Shown: positions 25,419-41,202, numbered from the stretch's first letter. The stretch: 64,000 nt of DNA from Chlorokybus atmophyticus (GCA_009103225.1 RHPI01000560.1:293465-357464); one strand, 5' to 3'. Numbers and translations are program-made. The notes: a model not told the origin generated them from the sequence alone.

Positions 25419-25777
25419 AATATATATATATATATATATNNNNNNNNNNNNNNNNNNNNNNNNNNNNNNNNNNNNNNNNNNNNNNNNNNNNNNNNNNNNN
25501 NNNNNNNNNNNNNNNNNNNNNNNNNNNNNNNNNNNNNNNNNNNNNNNNNNNNNNNNNNNNNNNNNNNNNNNNNNNNNNNNNNNNNNNNNNNNNNNNNNNN
25601 NNNNNNNNNNNNNNNNNNNNNNNNNNNNNNNNNNNNNNNNNNNNNNNNNNNNNNNNNNNNNNNNNNNNNNNNNNNNNNNNNNNNNNNNNNNNNNNNNNNN
25701 NNNNNNNNNNNNNNNNNNNNNNNNNNNNNNNNNNNNNNNNNNNNNNNNNNNNNNNNNNATATATATATATATATATA
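25419..25777. repeat. (TA)n microsatellite flanking an assembly gap of Ns
   Basis: TATATA runs on both sides of the N block (about 25440-25758). Confidence 0.95.
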
Positions 25778-26215
25778 CCTCATTGCTTCTCAGTGAGCGG
25801 TGCTGAAAAGCAGTAGAGCATTTGACGTGTACATCAAATGCAGGACATGCATGCGCATGCACAACGTGTAGTCCAGTCAGCACGCAGCAACGGTGTAAGG
25901 TGTCGTACAAATGACAATTAGGTGACCACCGGGCTACTACTAGCAAGCTAATCTACTGCCTCTACCCCGGTAGACAAGCAGCAGTCAATATGCAATTGGT
26001 AATCACCTGCCCACATGGGCATTGGTTAGTTGTGTGGCCCCGCCTTTTTTTTGTTTGAATATGTGGGGGAACCATGTGAACCAACTATTCACCAATGCAT
26101 GACATGGTTGCTGGAGGCACATACATCACGTGCATATTGTGTACACTGTGACACTATCAACAGAGCAGTCATCACATCATATTGCACTCAACATGATGTT
26201 TGCAATACTGTACAA

Positions 26216-28262
26216 TTACATATACAGCCCCTCGGGGACGCCTTCCTTCTTCTTGAACATGACCTTCTCGCGGGCTTTCTTGAAGTCAGCATGCGTCACC
26301 TGTGCCAAATCTCGATTAGATTTGCCAGTCGTTCAATCAAGCATTGCACTGCAGGCAATAACATCACGTGCATCAGGTTTTCACACAACAGCACCGAGAG
26401 TTCTAAGCAACTGAGCGCTTTTCAAAGCAATTGACATCTTTCATTGCACTTAATCAGCCTGTAATCATACCTTCATGCGCCGTTCCCGCAGTGCAAGCAG
26501 CCCTGCCTCTGTGCATATGGCTTTAATGTCTGCCCCACTCAACTCGTCCTTGGCCATGACAAACTCTTCCAGAGTAACGTCATCGCTCAATGTCATGCGA
26601 CTGCTGTGAATCTGAGAACAGCAATCAAGTCAATAAACGAAATTGCTAATCGGGACAAAGTGTGGCAGAAGCGTGTAGCATGCTCAGAAGCTTTTGTCCA
26701 CCAGGCTTTGAAAACGCAGACGGTACCAGATTTACAAGCCTACCTGGAAGATTCTCCTCTTAGTCTTGATGTCAGGCAGGGGAAACTCTATTTTCCTGTC
26801 AATACGTCCAGGCCGAAGTAGGGCAGGGTCCAAGCTTTCAATTCTGTTGGTGGCAAGAATAACCTGCACCATCAAACAACCATTTGAGCTACTGTTGTCC
26901 GATGTCCCACACATGACACTCTTGGTCATGGAGCAAGTTCCTAGCACCATGCTCCTCGTACCTTCACATCAGCGCGCGCATCAAAACCGTCCATCTGATT
27001 CAGGAGCTCAAGCATAGTTCGCTGGATCTCTCGCTCTCCACCAGATTGTGAGTCGTACCTACAAGACAGGCAGTATCAAATCACATCCAGCAGGTGTTGC
27101 ACTGACAGCTGTCTAACTAGCAACATGCAGGTCTAGCACTTACAACATTGACAGCAATGCAGAATGCAAGTTGTACCGTTTGGTGCCGACAGCATCAATC
27201 TCATCAATGAAGACAATAGAGGGCGACAACTCATCTGCGACACGGAACAACTCGCGCACCAACTTTGGCCCATCTCCAAGGTACTTTTGGATGAGCTCGC
27301 TGCCGACAACACGCAGGAAAGTGGCGGCTGTGCTGTTGGCGACGGCTTTCGCCAGCAGTGTCTTGCCAGTGCCGGGCACGCCATACAATATTACACCCTT
27401 CGGTGGCTTAATACCAATATCCTCATACAACTCCGGATGCGTAAGCGGCAACTCAACAGCCTCCTTGATCTCCTGTATCTGCTCCTCCAAACCACCAATG
27501 TCTGCGTAGCTCTCCAAAGGTGCCTTATCTACCTTCATGACTGACACCATGGGATCCACTTCGTCTTGAAGGATACCCACAACCGACAACACCTTATTGT
27601 GCAAGAGAATGGAGCATCCGGGCTCCAGCTGCTCCTTATCAACAAAAGAGAGAATGTTCACGTAGTACTCTGGCCCTACGGAAGACGACACTATAGCGTG
27701 GCTCTCGTCAATCATCTCCTCAAGACTGCCCACGCTCATAGGCGTTCCACGCAGATCGTCAACCTTTGACCTGGTATATAGTAATACTGCAATCAGCATG
27801 GGACAACTGATGAAAATTGGCAGCCACCTCATTACGCATGTGTACACATTGACTGCTGCTGTGTTATTTAGCAGCGCAATTGTGCTATCCTTGCTAACCA
27901 CAGCATGGAGACGGTTAACCACGGACTCACCTGTCTTCCTCATTCTTCTCTTCATGAGGGCGGAGGCGCTCCTGGTTGGCGACAAACTCCTCTTCCATGA
28001 GGAGATAGTCCTTGACCCGCTCAAGCTTGAGCAGACGCAAGCGGCAGCGGGAGGCGGGCGTGACGACGGGCAGGCGGGCGGCAGCTTCGGGACCCTTCTG
28101 ACGGCGCTGCTTGCGGCCAACTCGGGTCGGAGGCGCGGCGGGCTCATACTTGCGGGTCTTGTCCTTGCCGCCCTTTTCTCCCTCCCCCTTGCCCGCCTTG
28201 TCGCCCCCACCAGCGCCCGAGCCCGGACCCTGCCCGGGCAACCCGCTCTGCCCCTGACCCAT
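26216..28262 (-). CDS. RPT2: 26S proteasome AAA-ATPase subunit RPT2 (regulatory subunit 4)
   Basis: MGQGQSG (N-myristoylation-type start), [46 protein letters not shown], Walker [22 protein letters not shown], Walker [37 protein letters not shown], ending [12 protein letters not shown]. Confidence 0.98.
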
Positions 28263-28399
28263 GGCTGGGAAGCTTCAACCTGTAATCTCTTGTCCTTGAC
28301 CTCCACGATCCTGACCACAACCTGCAGCTCCACACCCCTCCCGCCACCTCCGCCGCCACCGCCGATGTCGCCAACAACCACCTCGCCTAGAGGCTAGAA

Positions 28400-28414
28400 T
28401 TAGGGTCAGGGTTT
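28400..28414 (-). promoter_or_regulatory. Telo-box-like motif in the RPT2 / ADCS divergent promoter
   Basis: TTAGGGTCAGGGTTT on + reads AAACCCTGACCCTAA on -. Confidence 0.45.
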
Positions 28415-28658
28415 GTTAGCAACTTATTGACTTCTCACAAGCTCTAGTGCACACAATTCAGTTCTAGGCTTATGTACGACAGTGGATGGTTACAAGCTGA
28501 GTTGGACCACTCAGAAGGTGACACTAACAGCTGCCCACGTGGCTCTGTGGTGGCGGTGGCGGTGGCGGTGGAGGACGAGGAGGTGGGGGTGGGGGTGGCA
28601 GTAGTGTCGGAGGGAAGAGTGTTTGCTGGTGTATGCAGTGGTTGTTGCTTGGCAGGGC

Positions 28659-31600
28659 ATGGCGCAGCTGCCGCTGAGGGTGCTGCTTGTGGACAATTAC
28701 GACAGCTACACGTTCAATCTGTACCACCTGCTCGCCGCCGCCAATCACGGAGGTAGGAGTCTGAGTCTTTTTACAATCGCACACAACTCTGCACAAAGCT
28801 CAGGTCAGGTCATGCAATTCAGCTGTTTGAGATGACTTCATCCACTGTAGCTCATGCTCAGCTGCTGCTCCACCGAAGCCGCTCTCCCCGTGTAGTGATT
28901 GTGATCTGGATGCTTTGTTGGCTGCAGTGACTCCAATAGTCATCAAGAACGACGAGTTGACTTGGGAGGAGCTGAGACCTCAGCTTGTTGGCCAGCGTGC
29001 CTATGACTGCGTGGTCATCTCCCCTGGCCCAGGCACACCTGAAACCCCAGTTGATGTTGGTGCGTTGGTTGTCAGCAGCAACGTTAGCGGCATTGCCCTA
29101 TGTAGTGCATGCTGATACTGTGAAGTGCAGGCGTTTGTGTCCCCATTTTGAGGGAGTGTGAAGAACTCCCCGTGTTAGGCGTGTGCCTTGGTCATCAGGT
29201 GCGTGCAAGGCGCACAGCCGCGTTACAGGTTCTATCTCGCTACTACCTGATCAACATGCATGTTGAAATTAATCTGCTGCAGGCATTAGGCTTTGTGCAT
29301 GGAGCTAGGATTGTGCATGCCCCAGAGCCTGTGCATGGGCGACGCAGGTGCGCGACCACTTGTCGCTGTTCTTGCACTTCGCAGTGCGCATGTTGCTCAC
29401 CTGCTTTGTTTGCAGTGAGGTTGAGCACAGCAGCCACGAGCTGTTTAAACATGTCCCCTCAGGTCGCGACGCGGGCTTTGAGGTACACAAACACGCGCAC
29501 TCACACCCACACGCACGCACCTTGCAGTGTCAGTCTGTGTGCTTGTTAGCCGCATCAGTTCACCGAATGTCGTCCAAGGTAGGTTTTTAGAAATTGCCCT
29601 ACGACATGCATAATGTTAATGTTGTACATGAATCAGGTTGTGCGTTATCATTCCCTCGCACTGGATGTGGAGTCCCTGCCCGATTGTCTGGTGGCCACTG
29701 CTTGGACTGTTTCTACAGAGGGTGAAAGCAATGCAGAGCGCGCAAAGTCGGTAGTCATGGGCGTCTCGCATGTCTTTCGTCCTCATCATGGTGTACAGGT
29801 ATTGATTGACAGCGTGCTAATGTCAAGTGGCACCATGCCACATAGGTGCAGCCAGTAATTTTTATGTACGTCAATTCGCAGTCAGATGCCGTGCAATGCA
29901 TTGTGCAACCATCGTTGTGCGGTGTCACATCGAGCAATCATGGACGTATGTTTATGATATGTCCTTGCATGCTATTGCTTGCTTCATGATCATGCTGACT
30001 GGGTTTATACCATCGCAGTTTCACCCAGAGAGTGTTGCGTCCAGCTATGGGGACACGATCGCGGTAAACTTTCTGCGTTTGGTCGAGCAACATTGGGTAG
30101 GTCGTTGTCTTGGATTCGTTTGTAGGTCGTGTATTGATTGCTTGTCACTAAACTGTCGTATCTTTGCAGCAATCCAAATGCGAGAGTTATGGCGCAACAG
30201 TCCATGCTGGCATGTGCAGCACAAGTGGCAGTCACGAGCCGATGCTGCATTCGCAGAGTGGCACGCAGTTGCTGTGGAGGCGCTTGCCGGGTGCTCTTGC
30301 GGCTGTAGGTGACACAGATACCCTTTTCATGCAGCTATACGGCCACAGCGCGCAGGGATCGGACACGTTCTGGCTGGATAGCGCATCTACTGAAGAGGTC
30401 GGTGACCCCAATTAACAAATTACTCACTCCCCTCTGGTGTGCCTTCGATGCAAGAAGAGCTCTCATGGTTGGCTTAACGGCAGGGACGAGCGAGGTTTTC
30501 ATTCATGGGTGGCCGCGGAGGTTCTCTGTGGAGACGGTACATGCACAGATTAACTCCAGGGATGCAAACCGGCACTCTGTACGTTGAACATGCGGATGGC
30601 ACATTGGAAGAACACACAGATACCTCATTCCTGGAACATCTTGATAAGGTGCGCGGTATACCAGCACTGTGCGCAAGCTGTAGTGCAGAATTGGTTGCTC
30701 TTATGCGCGTAGCATAACTCATCTTGTCCGAGTAAAGTTGCTGTGTATGCACACAGGACCTGGCAGACCAGCATTGCGTCACAGGCGCGGTATACCAGCA
30801 CTGTGCGCAAGCTGTAGTGCAGAATTGGTTGCTCTTATGCGCGTAGCATAACTCATCTTGTCCGAGTAAAGTTGCTGTGTATGCACACAGGACCTGGCAG
30901 ACCAGCATTGCGTCACAGGCGTTCGCTCTTTGCCATTCAATTTCTGCGGAGGCTATGTTGGCTACTTAGGGTTCGTGCACGTGTTCATGTTGGCTGCTGC
31001 TCTGTGATCAATCGTTTGCCTTTGGTGCCACATTTCCGGAGTGTTCATCAATGTTGACATGCTTGCTACAGGTATGAGATGAAAGCTGAATGTGAAGCTC
31101 CTGTATCCGCATGCCAGCACGACTCTCCGACTCCAGATGCCGGCTTCTTCTTTGCTGATAGGTTCTTAGCTATAGATCATTTGACCAAGGACATTTATAT
31201 TCTTGCGCTCATCCCCACTGGCGACCCTGACAAATACGCCCTAGACTGGATTGATAGCATAGTAGATGAAGTGCTGCAAGGCCGTGTGGATTATCTTACA
31301 AGCCGCCGCACTACCGAAGGTGTTGACTCTATGCCACCTTTCAAGCTGAAGAAAAGCAAGCAGGAGTACCTTGCAGACATACAGGTACTTGACGTGCATG
31401 CAGTTGCAAGTTCAGTTACAAGGTCTGCTGCTTGTATATTCAAACGGCCCACATTCAGGGATGCTTAGTGTGGACATACTCTTCACCAGCTGGCAGCACT
31501 TGAACATGTGAATACTGTGGCTAGTATGGATGTCAAGAATATTTCAAGTATAGACTTTCTGAAATTTTTGAAACTGTGCTCAACGTCCGCATCACTCTCC

Positions 31601-32867
31601 CGCAGATCTGCCAAGAGCTGATAAATGACGGAGAAACCTATGAGGTTTGTTTGACAACAGCGATGCAGCGCAAGCCTGCGCCCGCTTTGCCCCTGGAGCT
31701 GTACCGTACGCTGAGGCGGGTCAATCCCGCACCGTACGCGGCGTGGCTGCAGTTCAACGATGCACTCTCTATCTGCTGCTCATCACCTGAACGCTTTTTG
31801 AAGCTTGGTTCTGACGGCGTGCTGGAGGCGAAGCCGATCAAAGGGACTCGTCCTCGCGCCGTGACGAGCGAAGAGGATGAGGCAATGCGTGTGCGATTGC
31901 AGCGTAGCCTAAAAGACCGGGCGGAGAACCTCATGATAGTGGACTTGCTGCGCCATGACTTGGGGCGCGTGTGCGAGGGGGGGTCTGTGCACGTCCCGGC
32001 GCTGATGGCAGTGGAGTCCTATGCCACCGTGCATCAACTCGTGAGTACCATACACGGGCGCAAGCGCGAGGATGTTAGTCCTGTCGAATGTGTGCGAGCG
32101 GCGTTCCCTGCGGGGTCCATGACGGGTGCACCCAAGAGCAGGACGATGACTATCATCGACGCCGTGGAGGGCTCGTCTCGAGGCGTGTACTCGGGTGCCA
32201 TCGGCTTCTTCTCTGTCAGCGGCACCTTTGATCTCAACGTTGTCATTCGCACGGCTGTGGTCTTCAACAATGAGGTCACCATTGGCGCAGGTGGGTTCAA
32301 GTATTCTTGTGCTTCCTCCTCCCTTCCTCACACTCGTGCATACACACATGTGCGTATGTACTTGCTCACACATGTGCGCAGTAGCTTACACGTCTCCCTC
32401 CCACTGTTGCAGGAGGTGCTATTGTGGCGTTGTCAAGCCCAGAGGAAGAGTTTTCGGAGATGCTGGTGAAGGGTGGGGCTCTGCTTCGCGCTGTTGGCGA
32501 ATGCGAGGCCGACAACACGCCAGCTGCAATCGACATTGGTGAAGAGGAGTCTCGCACTCGAGCTGCTCCTGCCAGACAGATGGATGCAGATATTGCTGAT
32601 GCTCTTGGTGTTATTTCAAAGGAGAACTCACAGAAGAAATCTGCCAGCGCAAGCCGGCCCCGACACGTGTCTTGCAGAGCAGGCAACTCAGTTGTGGCTT
32701 ATCTCCGTATACCATTGCTACCCCGGTTGCTTGCTGTACGACCAACCCGATGCATGCATGCCTTTCCTAAGCAACACATTGACCGACCATGGCTTCGGCA
32801 GTCACGACACTTGAAGTCCTCAGCTTCGATGGTGTACACGCGCATGCTGAGTTTTGGCCTTTGTTGA
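28659..32867 (+). CDS. ADCS: Aminodeoxychorismate synthase (fused PabA glutaminase + PabB)
   Basis: [55 protein letters not shown]|[26 protein letters not shown]|[104 protein letters not shown]|GAIVALS. The 3' end is approximate. Confidence 0.95.
30651..30918 (+). repeat. Perfect 134-bp tandem duplication spanning an ADCS intron/exon junction
   Basis: The unit gcgcggtatacc...gcattgcgtcacag occurs at 30651-30784 and again at 30785-30918, identical on read-through. Confidence 0.9.
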
Positions 32868-33743
32868 GCCCGCCCCTTGTCTCTAGTCTGTTAGTGCAGA
32901 GTGTCCTCAGGCATCTTTATGTAGGCATCAAAAATCAGCTCGCCATTCATCTGTACATTTGACACTCATTCTTGCTGAATTGTATGCATCAGCTATTATC
33001 GCAAGCAAAGTTATCAGCGTATCCGCATTGGACAGCTGCAACTCTACCTCCACGAAGATGCTTTGTGCCGAGTGAGTCGAGGGTGCCTTCAAATTGCGCT
33101 CCGCGAATGTACATGTTGGTGTGCTGAAAAGTTTTTCAGACTCGTCTCAGCGTCCAGTGTACATGGTGCTCTGTCATTGGGACCTTTGAGCGTTAGTGGT
33201 GGTTGTTGTATGGCTCTGTCAGCCCAGCCTAGTTTGTATGCTAAGCCTGCCCTGATCTGGCAACACCGAGTTGGTGCGAGTCAGTTTATCACATGACAAG
33301 CAAAGGTGGTCACAGCACCAATGAAGGCGAAGATAGATGTTGTAGACTAGTCGCAACAATCAAACACAAGCAAGGATGCTGCGCAAGGATGCTGGGGTGA
33401 TTGAAAGCAGCCAAGCGAGCAGCTGATGTAGTGTACAGGCATAAATAACACGATCACATCAACACACATGGCATATTCAGACACATGGCATATCCAGAAC
33501 ATAAAAAGTTGACTACAGTGCTACCAAAAAAGTCGTAAACGATCCCTATTCACCAACGTCCACTCAAGCTGAACTCGCTGCAGCTATTCACCTCACTACA
33601 ACACACTATACACAAAAGCACTCCATCAAACAGAACCACCCAAACCAACCCAGCCAGTGGTTAAGCGCGCATCATCATCAGCTCCACCCTCTGCCCATCT
33701 CTCCTTTCCTTCACAAATCTCCTTCATGACTCCATGTGCGCCC

Positions 33744-35672
<1,929 letters not shown>

Positions 35673-37466
35673 GATAGAAGATAGATTAACTAGGAGGATA
35701 CAAATGACATCAGGGGTGAGAAGAGGGGAGGCATGTAAAGACACATGGTCACCGTGTGCTGCATGTGATGCAAGAAAGACATCCACTCCCAAATGCTGTT
35801 TGAATGGGACAGCAAAGCAACACACACACACAATACACACACACACACCGGAGGGTGCAAATGCTCTGGGTGAGCACCACCTCGGGCACCGGTGCGACAG
35901 GAAGCAGAGCAGCAGCGTCGATGAGCAGCCACAAGACGAGCAGCGTGAGTGTTCGCTTGTGAACAGCTCTGTCCAGCCTTGAGTAAACTGCCTCTCTCTT
36001 ATACTATGATGAGCCGTGCATGAGGGGCAAGCTGCGACAGTGGTGCGGTTGCATTCTATACATACGCATGTCACATGCAGCGAGTGTACTGTACTGAGCT
36101 CTGCGCAAGCTCTCTCTTGTCTCCAGTTATTCGTTGGGGTAACCGTGTTCGCAGCAATGCAGTGTAGTTAAAACGTCATCGCAGTGCAATGTTCGTACGG
36201 TACACACGTGGCGCTTGGACAACGGAGAAGTCTCGGGGTTTCTGTGGCATGCACCAGGGGCATTAAACTAACTGTCCGTCAGTTCTGACGCACTGTCACG
36301 CAGTCAGGACTGCGCAGGACGACTGGGGACGGGGATGTCGTGGTAAAATGACACGCGACATCACATGACATGTTTGTGTGCCTATGAGGTATGAGGGGGG
36401 GACAACTTCCTTCTGATACTTGCGGATAATGTCGTTGGTCTGGCACGTTGAGTGCCACATGTAAGCCTTCAGCGAGGAGGCGCATATCAGGTAAGCTTTG
36501 GTGGGGCATTGGCGGCGGCGAGACACGTGTTCACGGCCTGGTGAGCGAGTGTTCACACTGTAGGTCAACAGTGCTGCCCTGTTCAACAGCCCGGCAACAG
36601 ACCGCACAAGTTACTGTTCTCCACCAGTTGTTTGGTATTGTATGCACAAGTATGTGCTTATGCACGCGCACCCCGAGACGACTGCATGAGCCGTTGGTGT
36701 ATGGAGAGGTGTGCATCATGCTGTGCTGTGCTGTGCTTTGCACACGAGTGAACCAGTTGCGAATGGATTGCGGCCATGTAGTTATTTCTTCTGATCATCT
36801 GCGCTTGTCTTGTCACCGGCTGATAGAGTACCCAGCCCCTGCATCATCACGTGCGCATGGATAGAGCGCTCTCGTGCACACAAACGAGCGGAGCCGCGGG
36901 TGCACGAGCATGCATACACGGCTCTAGGCTTGCACTCGCAGTAGAGCCGATTCCCTTACATCTACTACAGAGGCATGGGCCCACTTCAGAGTTGACTGAT
37001 TCGTGCATACGATCATATACCCTACACGCTTCCACATCGCATGCACCAGGTAACATTGCAAGCAGACATAGAAGTAAACCACTAGACGGCAATGGCATAT
37101 GACTATCAGCGTGCAGGACATGATGTTACTATGCCTGCCACTGTGCATATACACATTGCCATTTGTGCGCATTTGTGGTATGCTGATACCAGCTTTTACC
37201 ACATGCACTGCCATGAAAGGTCTCTTGCATGATGACAAAACTCACTAGCGATAGCGCTGCTGGTTGTGAGCAGGATTGGCAAGACATGGGCGCACTTGTT
37301 GTGTGCTGCTCATACATGGCTAGACAACATCCAGAAAGGTTGACATGGACACACTAATTCACCCACTGGTAGCTGCAAAACAATGCGAGTCATATGACAG
37401 AGGCTTCCAGCGGCATGCGACAATAATGAGGCTGCTTGAAATTGCGTGTGCACGGGGACCAACCAC

Positions 37467-39926
37467 CTAAAATGTTGGATCGCCAGGCCCAATCTTTGGT
37501 GGACCGTCAAGCATTTGACTGTTGCTGTCGGGATCATCGTCATAGCGAGGGGCGTTGTACTTTTCTCGCAGCGGCTTGGTGGGGATGTAGTTGCCGCTGC
37601 CATCCATGCCATAGAACAATAGGTATATGTACGGATGCTCCATCTTCTCCTTGTCGGGCTTGTCGGGCACCTCAATCAACTCCTCAGCAACTGCAGACAG
37701 ACAAACATGCAAAACTTGGGAAGCATTCATGCACGCACACAATGCATACTCGAAACACGTAAAACACAGCGTGTATGAGTAACTACATGTTCTTGGTGGT
37801 GTGGATGTGTTGCATGCAAAACACCATATGCTACAACTTGCGTACCATATGCTACTGTATACTCCAAATCCTTTGTCTGCACCAGCGCCTGAACCAAACC
37901 AAAGCAACATCTCAGCGCCAGATGGCTGATGAACAAGTTAGTCCACGGGTAACATCTTTGCAAAGCCATGAGCGTACTTGATAGAATGGTTGTTTTCGGC
38001 CAAACGTCAGCTCCTCCGTGCCAGTGCGAGCAACCCACTCTTCATTCTCAAAGCAAGACGGGTCCATGCCACATACTACACCTCTATAACCTGCACACAC
38101 CAATCTCTTCAGCATGGCTAAGCTCAAAATGCAGACAGCAAAATAACCACAATCACGCAGTCAAGACTCTCACCGAGTGTTTTATGCGTGAACTTCTGGC
38201 CCAATCGATACTTGAAAGACCTCCCAATCCCCTCAATGGCGTTGGCAGCCTCAGTAGCCATGGAGGCAGCCTCCAGTGCGTTGAGCTGATCGCGAATGCG
38301 TGCTGCTTCTGCGTAGTCTTCCTGCTCGATCGCTCGTTGCAGCTGCGATCTGCACAATGTGACCTTCATCAATGCTGTGCACTTGTTCAAATGGTGCGGG
38401 CACGTGCGCATACATGACGTGTCATGTCACCAACATATTATATGCAACAGATTGACACGTGATGCACACCAAGCCTGCAGGACGGCTACACGCACCTTAG
38501 CAGGAGACCTTGTTCAGCGCTTTCTGTCATTGTGATTCGCGTTTGGGCGGCCCGCTGTTTCTTCGCTCTACTCCTCGCAGCAACAACTTCAAACTGACAT
38601 TCAAACATAAGACCTTGCCTCAGTCCCTCATTGCAACCGGTTTGATATGCTAAGAGTGAGCGCTAGCCGCGTGCTTGCACACAAGCGACTGCGGCTGTAA
38701 CAGCAACTCGCATGGCAACGCACGTGTCACATGCATGAAGAACAACTGTGCACCTCAGCCATCTTGCGGCGCGCGATGGCTGCCAACTGAAAGTTTTCCG
38801 TGTTCAGAGCTTTCTGCAACCACATACAACTGGTATCAGCGCCAATGCGATACCACAAACCAGGTTCTTCACGAAGCCTACCACTAGCACAACTACAACA
38901 CCTGTAATGCGATCAACCTGCACAAAAGGTCTGTTACGCATACTGACAAAATGCTTACATAAAACAACTTGCTTTCAACAAAAAGGTCATGTTGATTGTG
39001 TGAGAGCTCCTTCACTCATGCTCGCTGTGCGGCGGAATCTTCTATAACATAAAAGGCGGCGACAGCGGACATGTTCACTGCATTATGATGGTAACTGCAT
39101 GCCATCAACCAGACATATGTCGAAATATGCGGTTATGACAACAACCACAACCACATCATGGAAATGTTACCAGCTGGCTGCCCCAGCAGACACTGTTCAT
39201 GTGCTGCCCTTATGATGGTTTCTGGTACAGCATATGGCGTTGTGTACCAAGGATTGTGGCTTGCATGCGGCTCGTGTGCTGCTGCTAGGCATGCAAGAGG
39301 TTACGTAATCTCACGCCTATGTGCATGCGTGTGCAGAACGACATAAACAGCAGCAAGCTGCTAGGCTGCTCACCACTGTCAAGCATGCGTCGCACTTGAC
39401 ACACCAGCAATAAAGCAGATAGCAATGTCTGACCTTCACAAAAGGAAACCAATGGCGACCACACTGTATTCTCAACAACAGCTATCACAATTTCTGCACA
39501 CGCATTGCATGCGTGCATGCGCGTGTAACAATGGACCACAGATTTGAGTGCATGGCGCACCTGCAGCTGTGCGTTAAGGTCCATCTGGAAGAAGAACACC
39601 AGCAGCTCCTCATTGACAGCCTCGCTCCTGTCTGAGGCCTCCCCGCCGCCGCTCGCCCTGCGTGTTCCCCACAGCGCCTGCGGCGGGGGGAGGGGCGGCG
39701 AGCTGCTCCTGCTGGTCCTCGACCACGCCGCATGCCGCCTCCTCCTCCTCTGCCACCTCTGCACCAGCAACTGCTGCTCAGGCCTGTGCTGCAGCCTGGC
39801 CAACAACCTGCTTGCGGAGTCGGAGGAGGAGGCAGAAGAGGCGGCGCCGGTGCTTGTGCTGCTTGTTGTTGTCGCCGTTGCCAGCAGCAGCGTAGGCGCC
39901 GACGGCGCAGCTCTAGCTAGCAGCAT
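37467..39926 (-). CDS. CLPF: Chloroplast Clp protease adaptor ClpF (NTD + UVR + YccV-like domain)
   Basis: Transit peptide, then SEAVNEELLVFFFQMDLNAQLQ|KALNTENFQLAAIARRKMAE, a UVR motif RSQLQRAIEQEDYAEAARIRDQLNALE, and YccV-like FKYRLGQKFTHKTLG|YRGVVCGMDP..KQPFYQV. It ends HPYIYLLFYGMDGSGNYIPTKPLREKYNAPR. Confidence 0.9.
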
Positions 39927-41202
39927 GCTGTGGTGAAAGGAGGGCCCCCCAATTAGGTTATCCCGCTACACTACACACAATGTTGAGCAGCCCCAATCAG
40001 CCAATGGACACCCTTCCAACCCCACCACCGCCGCCCACCCACACCCCCGCCTGTTTCTGCTCGCTAAGGCACCCACGTCATGCCCTGCGCTTACGCCGAC
40101 AGTGTCGACGCCGCCAAGCGAGCACGACTGCGCAGGCCTTGTCGGCGTAGGATTAGCGCTTATAAGCAAGCAACTCTTATTCGTGCTTGAATGCTGCCCA
40201 CGAGTCTTGACAACAACCAAAGTTCACTTGAAAATGTAAAGCACAGCACAACACTTGGAGGCCCGGAATAGTGTATCAAAGGGGTATGCTGATGTGTCAG
40301 CATGCGTGCATGGGTGCAGTTGTAGCGCAATTTGTTTTGCAGCACATAAGGAAAGTCCCATTGTAGCTCATACAATTGTTTTGGTTATGCCTACCTTTTA
40401 TTGCTGATGGTTCTTGCCATATGATATAGCCACTCCTTCAATTCAATGCGATGTATTCAACATGGTTCATATAATATCACAATCGTAACATGGCACACAA
40501 AGTAGTAACATTAGACTTTTGTGCACAAAAAGCACACTGGCTTAAGGCGAAGATTGCAAGCTTACGACTCACCGCACCTAAAAGCAATGTTCTGCCCATC
40601 ACAACCACTTCAGACAATGCAAGATTGCTTGTGCCAGGTATCAACAAACGCACAACATGTTTGACTTCGACGTTGTGTTAATGTATATGTCAGATCAGGA
40701 ATGAAGTTGCAGTATCCGGGGTTATATCTCCCCTATTATCAGTGCAATAGCGAAGCACAAGCGTGAACCAAGTGTACATGGGCTCTCACATCACGCACCC
40801 ATCGGTTGCAAGAGTTCTCACCATGAAGGATACTTCATATTTCTAAGAATCACATGCAGTATCATAGAATTGTTTTTATGTTTGATGCATTTCACATACA
40901 ATGACCGCAATGGGTTTCGAGAACAGGCATACTCGCCATTCTCATCTCCGTGCATATATAGCATACTATGTGACATGCAAACAAACATAAAGATTTGAAA
41001 CATGGCTGCGGCCATCAATGTATGCGCGTGTATACTGCATATACACACGTACCGTGTTATGGCTCTCATTGGTTGATGATAAACGCTATGAAGCGTTTGG
41101 TGTGCATGTTTAAGTACGTACTTGTTGTATCGCATTTTGCATTGCCGGGCACATGCGAGCAACAACTCCCGATGCAAGCAACTACCATGGATGTCTTGTG
41201 TG

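Noticed and set aside
25365-25946. ORFs containing X runs
   Set aside because: They read through an assembly gap.
36000-37130. Short ORFs and 8-9 bp inverted repeats upstream of the expansin
   Set aside because: There is no coherent exon chain or recognisable motif, and IRs this short are expected by chance.
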